64,000 bases of DNA from an uncultured Pseudomonadales bacterium (GCA_964589815.1 CAZPUR010000002.1:19466-83465), one strand, 5' to 3'. Shown: positions 54,213 through 62,033, numbered from the stretch's first letter. A program made the numbers and translations. The notes: generated by a model from the sequence alone, not told the origin.

Positions 54213-54303
54213 CACCTCCGAGGTGAGGTTGCGCCTGCGGTGCACCTCGGAGGTGGAGGATAAAAATTTCCCTAGGTGTCTTGAGTATTTCACCTCCCAG
54301 GTG
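54213..54303. repeat. Three CACCTC[CG/CC][GA]AGGTG palindromes at the left edge of the GC-rich cassette
   Basis: 54213-54225, 54243-54255, 54291-54303. Confidence 0.85.
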
Positions 54304-54392
54304 GAATTTATTTATCTAGTTCTTTAGGTTTCGGTTCGGAAAAAAATAGTGGGCCTTAGCCCACAAAAAAATCCACACAAGGAGGTGGCAAA

Positions 54393-56069
54393 ATGGACGC
54401 GAAGAAGGCGTTCAAAACGGCCACCTTCTTCCTGGTGGTCGGGGTATTGGTGGGGGCAGTTCTTTGGACTCGCCCTGTCTTTGCACAGGAGTCAACATCG
54501 ATAAATGAGAAGATTGCCAGCGAAGCGCGGTTGCTCATCGGCACAGCACCCTACGCGCCCGATCCAAGTGACTGCGGCCAGAACCCATGTTCTGGCTACT
54601 ACGTCTGTACTGATGTAGTCGCAGTCGCCACGGAAAGGGCTGGGGTGCCGATCGCCGAGGATTCGTGCGCCTGCAGTTTGATGAGGCGCGCGGAATACCA
54701 GCGCCAGTACTTCATGGGCGATTCAGTCCGTGGAGGAAATGATGCGCTTCGACGCCACTACGAGGCTGAGGGTTCAGCCGCTCCACCGGCCGCAGGCAAC
54801 ATCTTGCTCTACTCTGCTCACGTAGCAGTAGTAGTGGATGTTCGATCTGCGGGGGAGGGAAGGTTGGAACTTTGGACTGTTGAGGCCAACGGTGGCTCAG
54901 CCAGGGTGAACATCAACTCCCGGAAGTATGAGCTGGAAAAGCTCGGAGAGGGTTGGTATTTCATTTCTGGTCGCAATCATGACTCTATCTTCGGGTGGGG
55001 TGTGATTGATGAAACAGAGCCATTGGCACCAAGCAGTTCAGCTTCGCGCTGGCCTTACCCAGTGGAGCAAGCCCCAAAATCAAAAGGCGAATGGGGATGG
55101 GTTGGGCCAGCAGTAGCTGGGTTGACCATCATTGCCTTAATCTTGTTTTTCTTTGCCCTGGTTCCTCCAGGGTCAAGAATGGCAGCAATCAAGTTCATGG
55201 CCAAAAAAGCCTGGAAAGGCTTTAAATGGACTATGAACAAGACTTTGGAGCTGTGGGGGAAGCTGATGATCCTTCTCGAACCATCTGAGGAGGAAAAAAG
55301 ACGCTTCTACTGGCTCCAACATGGCCGAGGTCGAGGCGGCTGCCACTATTACTTTGTAGGCGCTTTCTGGGGAGCAATTCTTTGCTCCTGCGTTTTGGTT
55401 TTGATGGTAATCAGGTTACTGGTTTTAGGTGGCATGCCGTTGGAGAACCTGGTTGGTGGTCGTCAGACCTGGGTTGGCCGGGCCGTTTCTCGGGTGAGTG
55501 AGATCGACCCGGAAAATGTGGCCTACGGTTTGATCCCTGCTGATGAACAGAAGAAGTGGGATCAGGCTTTGCTGGAAACGTCGGCCCTGCCGACATTCCC
55601 GATTACTTACTGGACAGGGAGTGAAGTGAGTTTCCACTGTCCGGAAAGAATCTGGAGCGCAGCTAAGGCTGCGGCCAGCAAACACGGTTGCGATCCGCTC
55701 TTGGTTGTGGCGATAGGCCACTCAGAGGGACCGAGTTACAACCAAAATGCCATCTCGCGGGCTGGGGCCAAAGGAACCTGGCAATTCATGCCAGGCACCT
55801 GGGATTTATATTGGCCCCCAGGCCCGAGTCAACCCGGCCGGGAAAATGATTCGGCAGGAGCTGATGCTGCTTGCCGGATGGAGCTAGAACTGGAGTTGGA
55901 AGAACAAACTTCGGAGCTAGCTTTTGCCAGGCGGTTTAACGGGGCTGATGAAGGTCGGTGTTGGAACTGCGCTGACACGGATGGAGGCCCTGAAGATCCG
56001 GCTGTTCGCCAGGCCAAGTACGCTTGGAAGCTCTGGCAGCAGCTTCTCGCAGAAACAGGAGGTGAGTAG
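54393..56069 (+). CDS. Bifunctional peptidoglycan hydrolase: N-terminal CHAP/NlpC-P60-like amidase, two TM helices, C-terminal SLT lytic transglycosylase
   Basis: Signal/anchor; CHAP-like triad context GYYVCTDVV ... GNILLYSAHVAVVVDV ... WTVEANGG; TMs VGPAVAGLTIIALILFFFALV and YYFVGAFWGAILCSCVLVLMVIRLLVLG; SLT motifs AIGHSEG...AGAKGTWQFMPGTW; AAGGAGG SD. Confidence 0.8.
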   Translation: MDAKKAFKTATFFLVVGVLVGAVLWTRPVFAQESTSINEKIASEARLLIGTAPYAPDPSDCGQNPCSGYYVCTDVVAVATERAGVPIAEDSCACSLMRRAEYQRQYFMGDSVRGGNDALRRHYEAEGSAAPPAAGNILLYSAHVAVVVDVRSAGEGRLELWTVEANGGSARVNINSRKYELEKLGEGWYFISGRNHDSIFGWGVIDETEPLAPSSSASRWPYPVEQAPKSKGEWGWVGPAVAGLTIIALILFFFALVPPGSRMAAIKFMAKKAWKGFKWTMNKTLELWGKLMILLEPSEEEKRRFYWLQHGRGRGGCHYYFVGAFWGAILCSCVLVLMVIRLLVLGGMPLENLVGGRQTWVGRAVSRVSEIDPENVAYGLIPADEQKKWDQALLETSALPTFPITYWTGSEVSFHCPERIWSAAKAAASKHGCDPLLVVAIGHSEGPSYNQNAISRAGAKGTWQFMPGTWDLYWPPGPSQPGRENDSAGADAACRMELELELEEQTSELAFARRFNGADEGRCWNCADTDGGPEDPAVRQAKYAWKLWQQLLAETGGE

Positions 56070-56129
56070 GGAAAAGTTTAGGTTAGTGGAAGACTTTTAA
56101 AATCAGGACATGAAACGGAGGCAAAAGAA

Positions 56130-57158
56130 ATGTTTCAGTGGATTATCATGATGTTGCCGTTTTTGTTGGCTCTGGTGGCCGGTGCTGCGGGCTTCTGGAT
56201 GCTCAAGAACGGTTTGGGAGCCAAGAACGCTCTCAAGGTAATCGGTGGCGGTATAGTCGGCGTCGTTGCCGTTGCCTTTTTAGGGATAAGACTATTGGAC
56301 TTTGCAATTGGGCAGTTTGAGAAAGACTTGCCTGAAAGCAAAACCATGGCCTACCTAGAGAAAGGACTGGCGACGGAGTTTGACTATGCGGCCTACAGCG
56401 AAACGGGTGAAGGTGTAGGCATTGGTCCGCCCTGGAGTCAGCCTGTTCAATCTGACGCCGGTGTGCCACCTGCCGTACCTGCTGCAACGCCCGTTGCTGG
56501 CGTACCTGCGGCCACACCAATTCCGGTTTATCCGGCACAGGTCGAAGCCGCGCCCGAGCTGCAAAAGGAGCTACTGCCCGAAGGACCGCAGCGAGTGCAG
56601 TGCCTGGTTGATGCCCTTCTGGGCGCCAGCATCGGCAATGCGCAGAGCGGCTCAACTACGTGGTTTCCGCGTGGGACGATCTGGAATCTGAGAGTGAAAC
56701 GTGGTGTCGGTTTTTTCTATAAGAACCGGCACTGGGTTTCGTCTCCGGCGTTGGGTATTACGCAGGAGATCCAGATTGGCTACGGCTTGGGCAGACAGCT
56801 CGACAAGGCCAGCTCTGATACGGACGGCATCTTTTACGGCACGGGGGAATGGCCTCCCTCTTGCTACGTTGCGGTGACATCGCCGCCACCGACTGTTGTG
56901 CTTCCGCCTGACACTGGCTCGAGCACTCCGCCCGTCGACACCGGCCCTTGCACCAATGCAGAGCTCCTCCCCGGAGAGGAAAGCCAATACTGGTTGAAAA
57001 ATACCAGCGATGGCTCCTTTACCTGGGTGGAAGGGGGCTTGCCAGAGGCAACCTTTCGGACCACAGACGGACGGCAGGTGTCTGTCTGGGGGTGGCTCTG
57101 TAGGACTGAGCTGCAGTACGGCGTTGACCCGACCTACGAAGTCTGGGTTTTGCCGTAA
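56130..57158 (+). CDS. Membrane protein (2 N-terminal TM helices, Pro/Ala-rich linker, Cys-containing C-terminal domain), unknown family
   Basis: GGAGG SD; hydrophobic N-terminus; PPAVPAATPVAGVPAATPIPVYP linker. Confidence 0.65.
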   Translation: MFQWIIMMLPFLLALVAGAAGFWMLKNGLGAKNALKVIGGGIVGVVAVAFLGIRLLDFAIGQFEKDLPESKTMAYLEKGLATEFDYAAYSETGEGVGIGPPWSQPVQSDAGVPPAVPAATPVAGVPAATPIPVYPAQVEAAPELQKELLPEGPQRVQCLVDALLGASIGNAQSGSTTWFPRGTIWNLRVKRGVGFFYKNRHWVSSPALGITQEIQIGYGLGRQLDKASSDTDGIFYGTGEWPPSCYVAVTSPPPTVVLPPDTGSSTPPVDTGPCTNAELLPGEESQYWLKNTSDGSFTWVEGGLPEATFRTTDGRQVSVWGWLCRTELQYGVDPTYEVWVLP

Positions 57159-57175
57159 GGCTAGGAGGCCAGAAG

Positions 57176-57256
57176 ATGGCCTACCTAGTCAGATCTCCAC
57201 CCGACCCGCCGATTCGGGCAAATCTGTTGTCAGTTACCTTACATATAAACAGGTAA
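57176..57256 (+). CDS. Possible 26-codon Pro-rich leader ORF (MAYLVRSPPDPPIRANLLSVTLHINR)
   Basis: AGGAGG (57163-57168) 7 nt upstream of ATG; ORF runs into the 5' arm and inner stem of the 57203-57297 hairpin. Confidence 0.3.
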   Translation: MAYLVRSPPDPPIRANLLSVTLHINR

Positions 57257-57297
57257 CTGTTCCAAGGCTGGACAGAGCAAGTTCGAATCGGCGGGTC
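57203..57297 (+). other. 95-nt nested hairpin element (ncRNA, attenuator or recombination site; unknown)
   Basis: Outer 13-bp perfect stem GACCCGCCGATTC (57203-57215)/GAATCGGCGGGTC (57285-57297); inner 9-bp stem CAGTTACCT (57231-57239)/AGGTAACTG (57251-57259). Confidence 0.7.
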
Positions 57298-57530
57298 AAC
57301 CGGAGGTTCTTTTGTTTGCGAGCAATTCTTCCGCATCTGGCGGAAGGCTGCACGCGGCATAGCTTAAAATCTTTTTTTCTCTCATGCTTGAGAGAAAGTT
57401 TATAAAAGGTTTTAGGTTTATGTTGTGTGCAGTATTTGGTTGTTGTCCGATGTGTATCGGGCCTGAAGAGCTTAAAAAAGCGAAACAACTTAAAGTCAGT
57501 TTATTATTAATATGTTTTGAAAGGAAAAAA

Positions 57531-58613
57531 ATGCCTAGATCAGAATTGCCAGGACTATTAGGCCAAACTCTTTTAGAGCAGGGGATAGAAGGAAAGAAGG
57601 AGACTTCTTCTATTAGTACTGAAGGGATTGAAGTAGGCAAACCAGTCGGCTTAGGTAATGTTTTTAGAGTAAATAAGGCAGAGAAGGCAGGGTTGGCTTT
57701 AACTACCACTAATAGTGAAACTGGGAGAAGGCAAGTAATTGCTCGTATTCCTCCGGGGACTCAGGGTAAGGTGAGTCGTAGAAATGAGACAGTTTATGCT
57801 CAGGTTGGCCCTATTTTTGCTCAGATCAGAACTGAAGCTGGAGCAAGACGAGTAAAAGAAGGAGAGAATTTAGTCAGAAGGAGACAAAAGGTTCAAAGAG
57901 GTCAATCTTTAGCTGATCAAGCCTTAATTGCTCAACAAGAGATTGAATCAGCCCGGATCTATCGCAAGGCAGCTGAGCAAGATCGGTCTGAACATTTCCA
58001 AGCGCAACAAGCGATGGCTGATTTACAGTTAACTCATTCACTTAGAGAGGGAAATGGAAAAGGCAAGGGACTTTTAAGATTATTAGGTGATGGCTTAACT
58101 GATGTAGCTGTAGCTGCTTTATCAGGTGAGCCTAGGGCTGGAGGCGAAACAGCTGTCCTTGATTTTAATAGAGGGAGTATGCAAGTTAATGCCCCTACGC
58201 GAAGATCCGGGCAAACTAATGTTTCAGTAGCAAAAATAGTTGATGGCACTTTTAGACCTGAGGTGACTCTTGATCCTTTGTCTCGAGCAGTTAATAGGGT
58301 TAGAGGTTTGCTTGGAAAAAAACCAGTGGCTGTTTTGGGTGTTGGTGTTATTCGCTGGCGTCATACTTTAAGTCAGGAAATAGTTGGGGGCGAAGTTCAC
58401 AAAGAGCCTTTAGACGTTTTTGCTCAGCTTAATCAAGGCATTGAAGCTTTAAGAGTACTTAGTAGAGAGTCTTTACTCATAGAAGGAGTGCCTACTTTTG
58501 CTGATTTAGGCTTAGATGGACCAGAATTAGAAGCCCAGTCTGGAACAGAACCACATGAACCTCAGACCAAAGAACAAATTAGAGCGTTATTAAGAAAAGG
58601 AGAACAAAAATAG
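57531..58613 (+). CDS. Orphan soluble protein (360 aa), first gene of the ten-gene operon
   Basis: GAAAGGAAAAAA before ATG 57531; ORF is open from 57384, alternative start 57420 would add MLCAVFGCCPMCIG...; coiled-coil-like central region. Confidence 0.6.
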   Translation: MPRSELPGLLGQTLLEQGIEGKKETSSISTEGIEVGKPVGLGNVFRVNKAEKAGLALTTTNSETGRRQVIARIPPGTQGKVSRRNETVYAQVGPIFAQIRTEAGARRVKEGENLVRRRQKVQRGQSLADQALIAQQEIESARIYRKAAEQDRSEHFQAQQAMADLQLTHSLREGNGKGKGLLRLLGDGLTDVAVAALSGEPRAGGETAVLDFNRGSMQVNAPTRRSGQTNVSVAKIVDGTFRPEVTLDPLSRAVNRVRGLLGKKPVAVLGVGVIRWRHTLSQEIVGGEVHKEPLDVFAQLNQGIEALRVLSRESLLIEGVPTFADLGLDGPELEAQSGTEPHEPQTKEQIRALLRKGEQK

Positions 58614-58701
58614 CCATGAGTAAGTGTATTTATAAATAATATTATAGGTTTGACATATTTAATATATTTAGTATAATAAATTTGTCTGAAAGGAAATATA
58701 T

Positions 58702-59811
58702 ATGAAGAGTGAAATTCCTAATATCGTCACCGGTGAACCAGCTTTTGATTCAGTAGGAGCTGAGTCTGAAGCAGTTACTCCAAGATCTGGTTTGGTTGGT
58801 AGCGTTGAAAGCATTTTAGATAATACAAAACAAGCTTTAGGTATAGGCGAGGAAATTCCAGGAGCTGTTACTGATAGGCGTTCCAGAGAGGTCTTAAAAA
58901 AATTAGCTGAGGATCAACCTGAGAGACTTGATCTTCGTGTTTTTAGGGAAGAGGTGGGAACTGGTATTTTTGGACTAAGAAGGAAAAAAGAGGCAGTCAG
59001 GCCAAGAGCTAGGGTTATAGATTCAAGCAATGCTTCATCAATGGTTGATGAGCAGGGAAATGATGCTAGACCTACGGGCAGAGGTAAAATTTTACGTCCA
59101 GGCGAAAGAATGGGTCTTTTGGTAAGAAATAGTGGAAAAGAAATAGCTCCAGGGGATGCTAGATTCCCTAAAAGTTCAGAACAAACAGCAGAAAGCAAAC
59201 GCTTAAAAGAATACTTAGATAGAAAGCATCCTGATAGTGATACCCGTAAGGGCTATATGAGGAGGGTTGCCGATGTAGCACAAATAACTCAGGCGAGACA
59301 GGCTAATATAGAAGTGGCTTTAAGCGAAGAAGAAAAAGTATGGGAAGGACAGCAAGTCAGGACTCAGCTAAACAGCAATCCCATAAAATTGGAAACCACA
59401 GGGATAAGTGGACTTCTCAAAGTCATTGTAGGAGGTGGGACCTGGGGAAATTCTGTTGAAGTGGGAGGAATTTATCACAATTGGACGATTCCCATGGGAA
59501 GACAAAATAAGATACCGATTAGACATGAAACAATTGCTGGCGGTAGTATTTTTTACAGCTCTGATCCACCAAAGTGGTTTGATCTAATTAATACCATATT
59601 AAAGCGAGCCACTCGTGGGAAGAAGGCTCTCGAAGCCCCCATTGGTAGAGTTACTTTGAAAACCTCAACAGGCGCAGCTATTGGTTCAGTAACAGTAGCT
59701 CATCCAGAGAAGGTAGTTCTTCAATTAACTGACCTTGCCGTGAAAGCGAGCAATACTAATGTTCAACCCAGACCTATTCCTGAACCGATAAAACCAGGAG
59801 ATTTAATCTAA
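58702..59811 (+). CDS. Orphan soluble protein (369 aa)
   Basis: GAAAGGAAA SD; no TM, no nucleotide-binding motif. Confidence 0.6.
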   Translation: MKSEIPNIVTGEPAFDSVGAESEAVTPRSGLVGSVESILDNTKQALGIGEEIPGAVTDRRSREVLKKLAEDQPERLDLRVFREEVGTGIFGLRRKKEAVRPRARVIDSSNASSMVDEQGNDARPTGRGKILRPGERMGLLVRNSGKEIAPGDARFPKSSEQTAESKRLKEYLDRKHPDSDTRKGYMRRVADVAQITQARQANIEVALSEEEKVWEGQQVRTQLNSNPIKLETTGISGLLKVIVGGGTWGNSVEVGGIYHNWTIPMGRQNKIPIRHETIAGGSIFYSSDPPKWFDLINTILKRATRGKKALEAPIGRVTLKTSTGAAIGSVTVAHPEKVVLQLTDLAVKASNTNVQPRPIPEPIKPGDLI

Positions 59812-60113
59812 TGGAGAATTTAATAAAACATTTTGGACGAGGTATTTATCATTTAACAGAAGACAGTTTAAGTTTTGCCAAGCGGGGCAAGGCAGTTCGA
59901 CAGGGTAGAGTTCATCCAAAAATAGCATTTGATATGATAGTGGAGGATGCTGTTGGGCCCATGCCTCTTTTAGTCCGAACAGAATCTTGTCTTGCTGGCT
60001 TCCTAGGAGTACCAGATTGTATGGGAAAGATTTTAGGACGTGAACGTATCTCTACGGAAGAAGCATTGACACATGTAAGAGAGATTTTTGGACTTTCAGA
60101 ACAAGAGGTTTAG
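59811..60113 (+). CDS. Orphan protein (100 aa)
   Basis: TAATG overlap with previous gene. Confidence 0.55.
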   Translation: MENLIKHFGRGIYHLTEDSLSFAKRGKAVRQGRVHPKIAFDMIVEDAVGPMPLLVRTESCLAGFLGVPDCMGKILGRERISTEEALTHVREIFGLSEQEV

Positions 60114-60137
60114 TGTTAAAATAAAACCAAGGAAAAA

Positions 60138-60404
60138 ATGGCTCAAGAGCAGGTTTACACTGCTGCCCAAATTCGAGAAGCTAATGCAGATCAGTTAGCA
60201 GGAATTATGGTTAGGGCCGCTGGTTTTGATACTGGTGACTGGAGTCTTTGGGGTTTGGGTCTTGAGGCTCTGACCAGGGGAGGAGTAGACTTAATATCAA
60301 GACTTGGAGGAGACCGAGCAATTGACCAGTTAAGGCAAGCAGTTTCTGGGGAATTAAGAGAATTAGATTTGATCGAAGAACCACCCATACTCCAACCTGT
60401 TTAA
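60138..60404 (+). CDS. Orphan protein (88 aa)
   Basis: AAGGAAAAA SD. Confidence 0.5.
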   Translation: MAQEQVYTAAQIREANADQLAGIMVRAAGFDTGDWSLWGLGLEALTRGGVDLISRLGGDRAIDQLRQAVSGELRELDLIEEPPILQPV

Positions 60405-60415
60405 TTAAAAAACAT

Positions 60416-60631
60416 ATGTCAGAAAAATTATCAGTGCCAGAAAACGTTACTTTATTAGAAGCAGCTGCTATTGCCGCTGCCCGTTATCCTGATAAAGCTT
60501 TGTTTGGAGAATTGCCGGAGGGACGTATAATAGTAAGTGTAGAGGAAGTTATTAGAATGTCACAAAGTGACTCAGGGTTTAGATTAGCTCTTGAAGAATG
60601 CGCTCAACAAGGAGGCTTGCCCGAGAGATAA
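60416..60631 (+). CDS. Orphan protein (71 aa)
   Basis: ORF in operon context. Confidence 0.45.
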   Translation: MSEKLSVPENVTLLEAAAIAAARYPDKALFGELPEGRIIVSVEEVIRMSQSDSGFRLALEECAQQGGLPER

Positions 60632-60645
60632 AAAGGAAAAACGAA

Positions 60646-61155
60646 ATGGAAAAAGCACCCGTTTTTGACCATAGACAAGTAACAGCAAAAACAAGAACTT
60701 TAGTTGCAAGTGGAATGATTGGGCCAGAACAGGTTTTTGGCGAAGCTGATACACCTTCAGAAAGAAGTTTAGCCGTACTTTTAGGAGAAGATTTTCGTCT
60801 TTCAAGAGAAGATGTTGAAGGCTCCCTGGATGTTTATGACACAAGAAGAGTATTAATTGAGGTTCGTTTAAATGAAGCCACCGGTCAATTATCTCATCTT
60901 CGTTATCAACCAGGTTTTGATTCAAGGACAGGCAGGGTGCTCTCTGAACTTCAAGATCTTCCCGGGGCAGATTTATATAAACATAATCCGGACGCAGCCG
61001 AAGCCACCCGTACTTTAAGAACCCAAAAAAAACACTTTTCTTCTACGGCCCATCCTTTTGATGAGGCTAAAACAGTTAGACAAAGAGGTGGCGACCCAGA
61101 TTATAGAATTCCCAAACCTCCATCCAGTTTTTTACTTCAGGAAGAAAGAAAATAA
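60646..61155 (+). CDS. Orphan protein (169 aa)
   Basis: AAAGGAAAAA SD before ATG 60646; track start 60598 overlaps the previous gene. Confidence 0.5.
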   Translation: MEKAPVFDHRQVTAKTRTLVASGMIGPEQVFGEADTPSERSLAVLLGEDFRLSREDVEGSLDVYDTRRVLIEVRLNEATGQLSHLRYQPGFDSRTGRVLSELQDLPGADLYKHNPDAAEATRTLRTQKKHFSSTAHPFDEAKTVRQRGGDPDYRIPKPPSSFLLQEERK

Positions 61156-61194
61156 TTTTAATTTCACTTATTTTATGATAAAATCAGGGCTGTT

Positions 61195-61494
61195 ATGGCA
61201 AAAGATTTAGCTTGGTTAAATAGAGGTTTTGCAAGTGGAGGATTAACTCCCGAAGAGGCAGTGGCTAAATTAATGACTAAGGGAGAATTGGATTTATCAC
61301 AAATCTCCCGACCTGATTTAATTACCCGATTAAATACAGCTTTTGAGTCAGGGAATCTAGAACCAGATCAGGCAGTAGCACATTTGATAATTGAAGAAAG
61401 TTTTTTAGCCAGTAGAATGGAGCCAGAGCGTGCTCTTAAGATGCAACCTAATTTAACTGGTCAGATGGTTGAAGTTTTAGGTTTGGAATTATAA
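61195..61494 (+). CDS. Orphan protein (99 aa) with internal duplication
   Basis: GFASGGLTPEEAVAKL / AFESGNLEPDQAVAHL repeat; TGaTAAAAT promoter 10 nt upstream. Confidence 0.5.
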   Translation: MAKDLAWLNRGFASGGLTPEEAVAKLMTKGELDLSQISRPDLITRLNTAFESGNLEPDQAVAHLIIEESFLASRMEPERALKMQPNLTGQMVEVLGLEL

Positions 61495-61496
61495 AA

Positions 61497-61697
61497 ATGG
61501 AGTTAAAAAAAACTAGATATACCACCCCTACTGCGGTCCAAGAGGCAATTAATGCCCACCTAACTGAAGAAGCAGGAGCATTATTGAACGAATCATTAAT
61601 CTGGCTTCAGGCATCAGAACATCTTACTCCGGCAGGAGCAGAATCTTTGTTAGAGATTGCCGGTCAGGCAGCTGATTTACAGCGACGTTTACGGTAA
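61497..61697 (+). CDS. Orphan protein (66 aa)
   Basis: Starts 2 nt after the previous stop. Confidence 0.45.
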   Translation: MELKKTRYTTPTAVQEAINAHLTEEAGALLNESLIWLQASEHLTPAGAESLLEIAGQAADLQRRLR

Positions 61698-61739
61698 GAA
61701 TTTTAAATACCTTATAACGTTGATAGAGACGCCTTTTAT

Positions 61740-62033
61740 TTAAACAAAGGACCAGCCACATTCTATATCAGGAAAGAGTTTTCTAGGGTTTTCAACCGGA
61801 GCTTCTGTGCAAGATTTTATCTGACCGTGAATATCACGACGTCCTTTATGGTCCAGATGTTCACAAGGGTGAACGTGGATAATTGCTTTGCCTGTTTCTG
61901 TTTCCAAGACAATTTCTGGATTTTGAAATAACCCTAACTCCTCTACGCCCACAGGAACAAAAGCATCCTGGCAGCATTGGCCGCCACAGCCAGAGCAAGG
62001 ACTATCTTTAAAACTTACCTCAAAGTTTGTCAT
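61740..62033 (-). CDS. YkgJ-type Cys-cluster (zinc/iron-chelating, CxxCxxCC) protein
   Basis: SPCSGCGGQCCQDAF motif plus downstream Cys/His. Confidence 0.6.
   Translation of the reverse strand: MTNFEVSFKDSPCSGCGGQCCQDAFVPVGVEELGLFQNPEIVLETETGKAIIHVHPCEHLDHKGRRDIHGQIKSCTEAPVENPRKLFPDIECGWSFV

Noticed and set aside
57281-57297. GTTCGAATC T-loop-like motif suggesting a tRNA or tRNA fragment (att site)
   Set aside because: No T-stem, acceptor stem or anticodon arm can be folded. The motif is simply the 3' arm of the 13-bp hairpin stem.
57203-57297. Integron attC site interpretation of the 95-nt imperfect palindrome
   Set aside because: I could not find RYYYAAC/GTTRRRY core sites at the ends, no intI gene is present, and the downstream genes are not separated by similar sites.
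55055-57709. Many overlapping ORFs in the GC-rich cassette (55055-55240, 55411-55721, 56135-56347, 56233-56655, 56422-56691, 56652-56987, 57010-57405, 57296-57709, etc.)
   Set aside because: High GC suppresses stop codons in all frames. Only 54393-56069 and 56130-57158 have SDs, recognisable domains or TM helices.
53715-62033. Simple prophage or integrative conjugative element
   Set aside because: No integrase, relaxase, coupling ATPase, terminase, portal or capsid-like sequence is recognisable, and no flanking direct repeats were found by eye. It is therefore reported as an unclassified module rather than a named mobile element.
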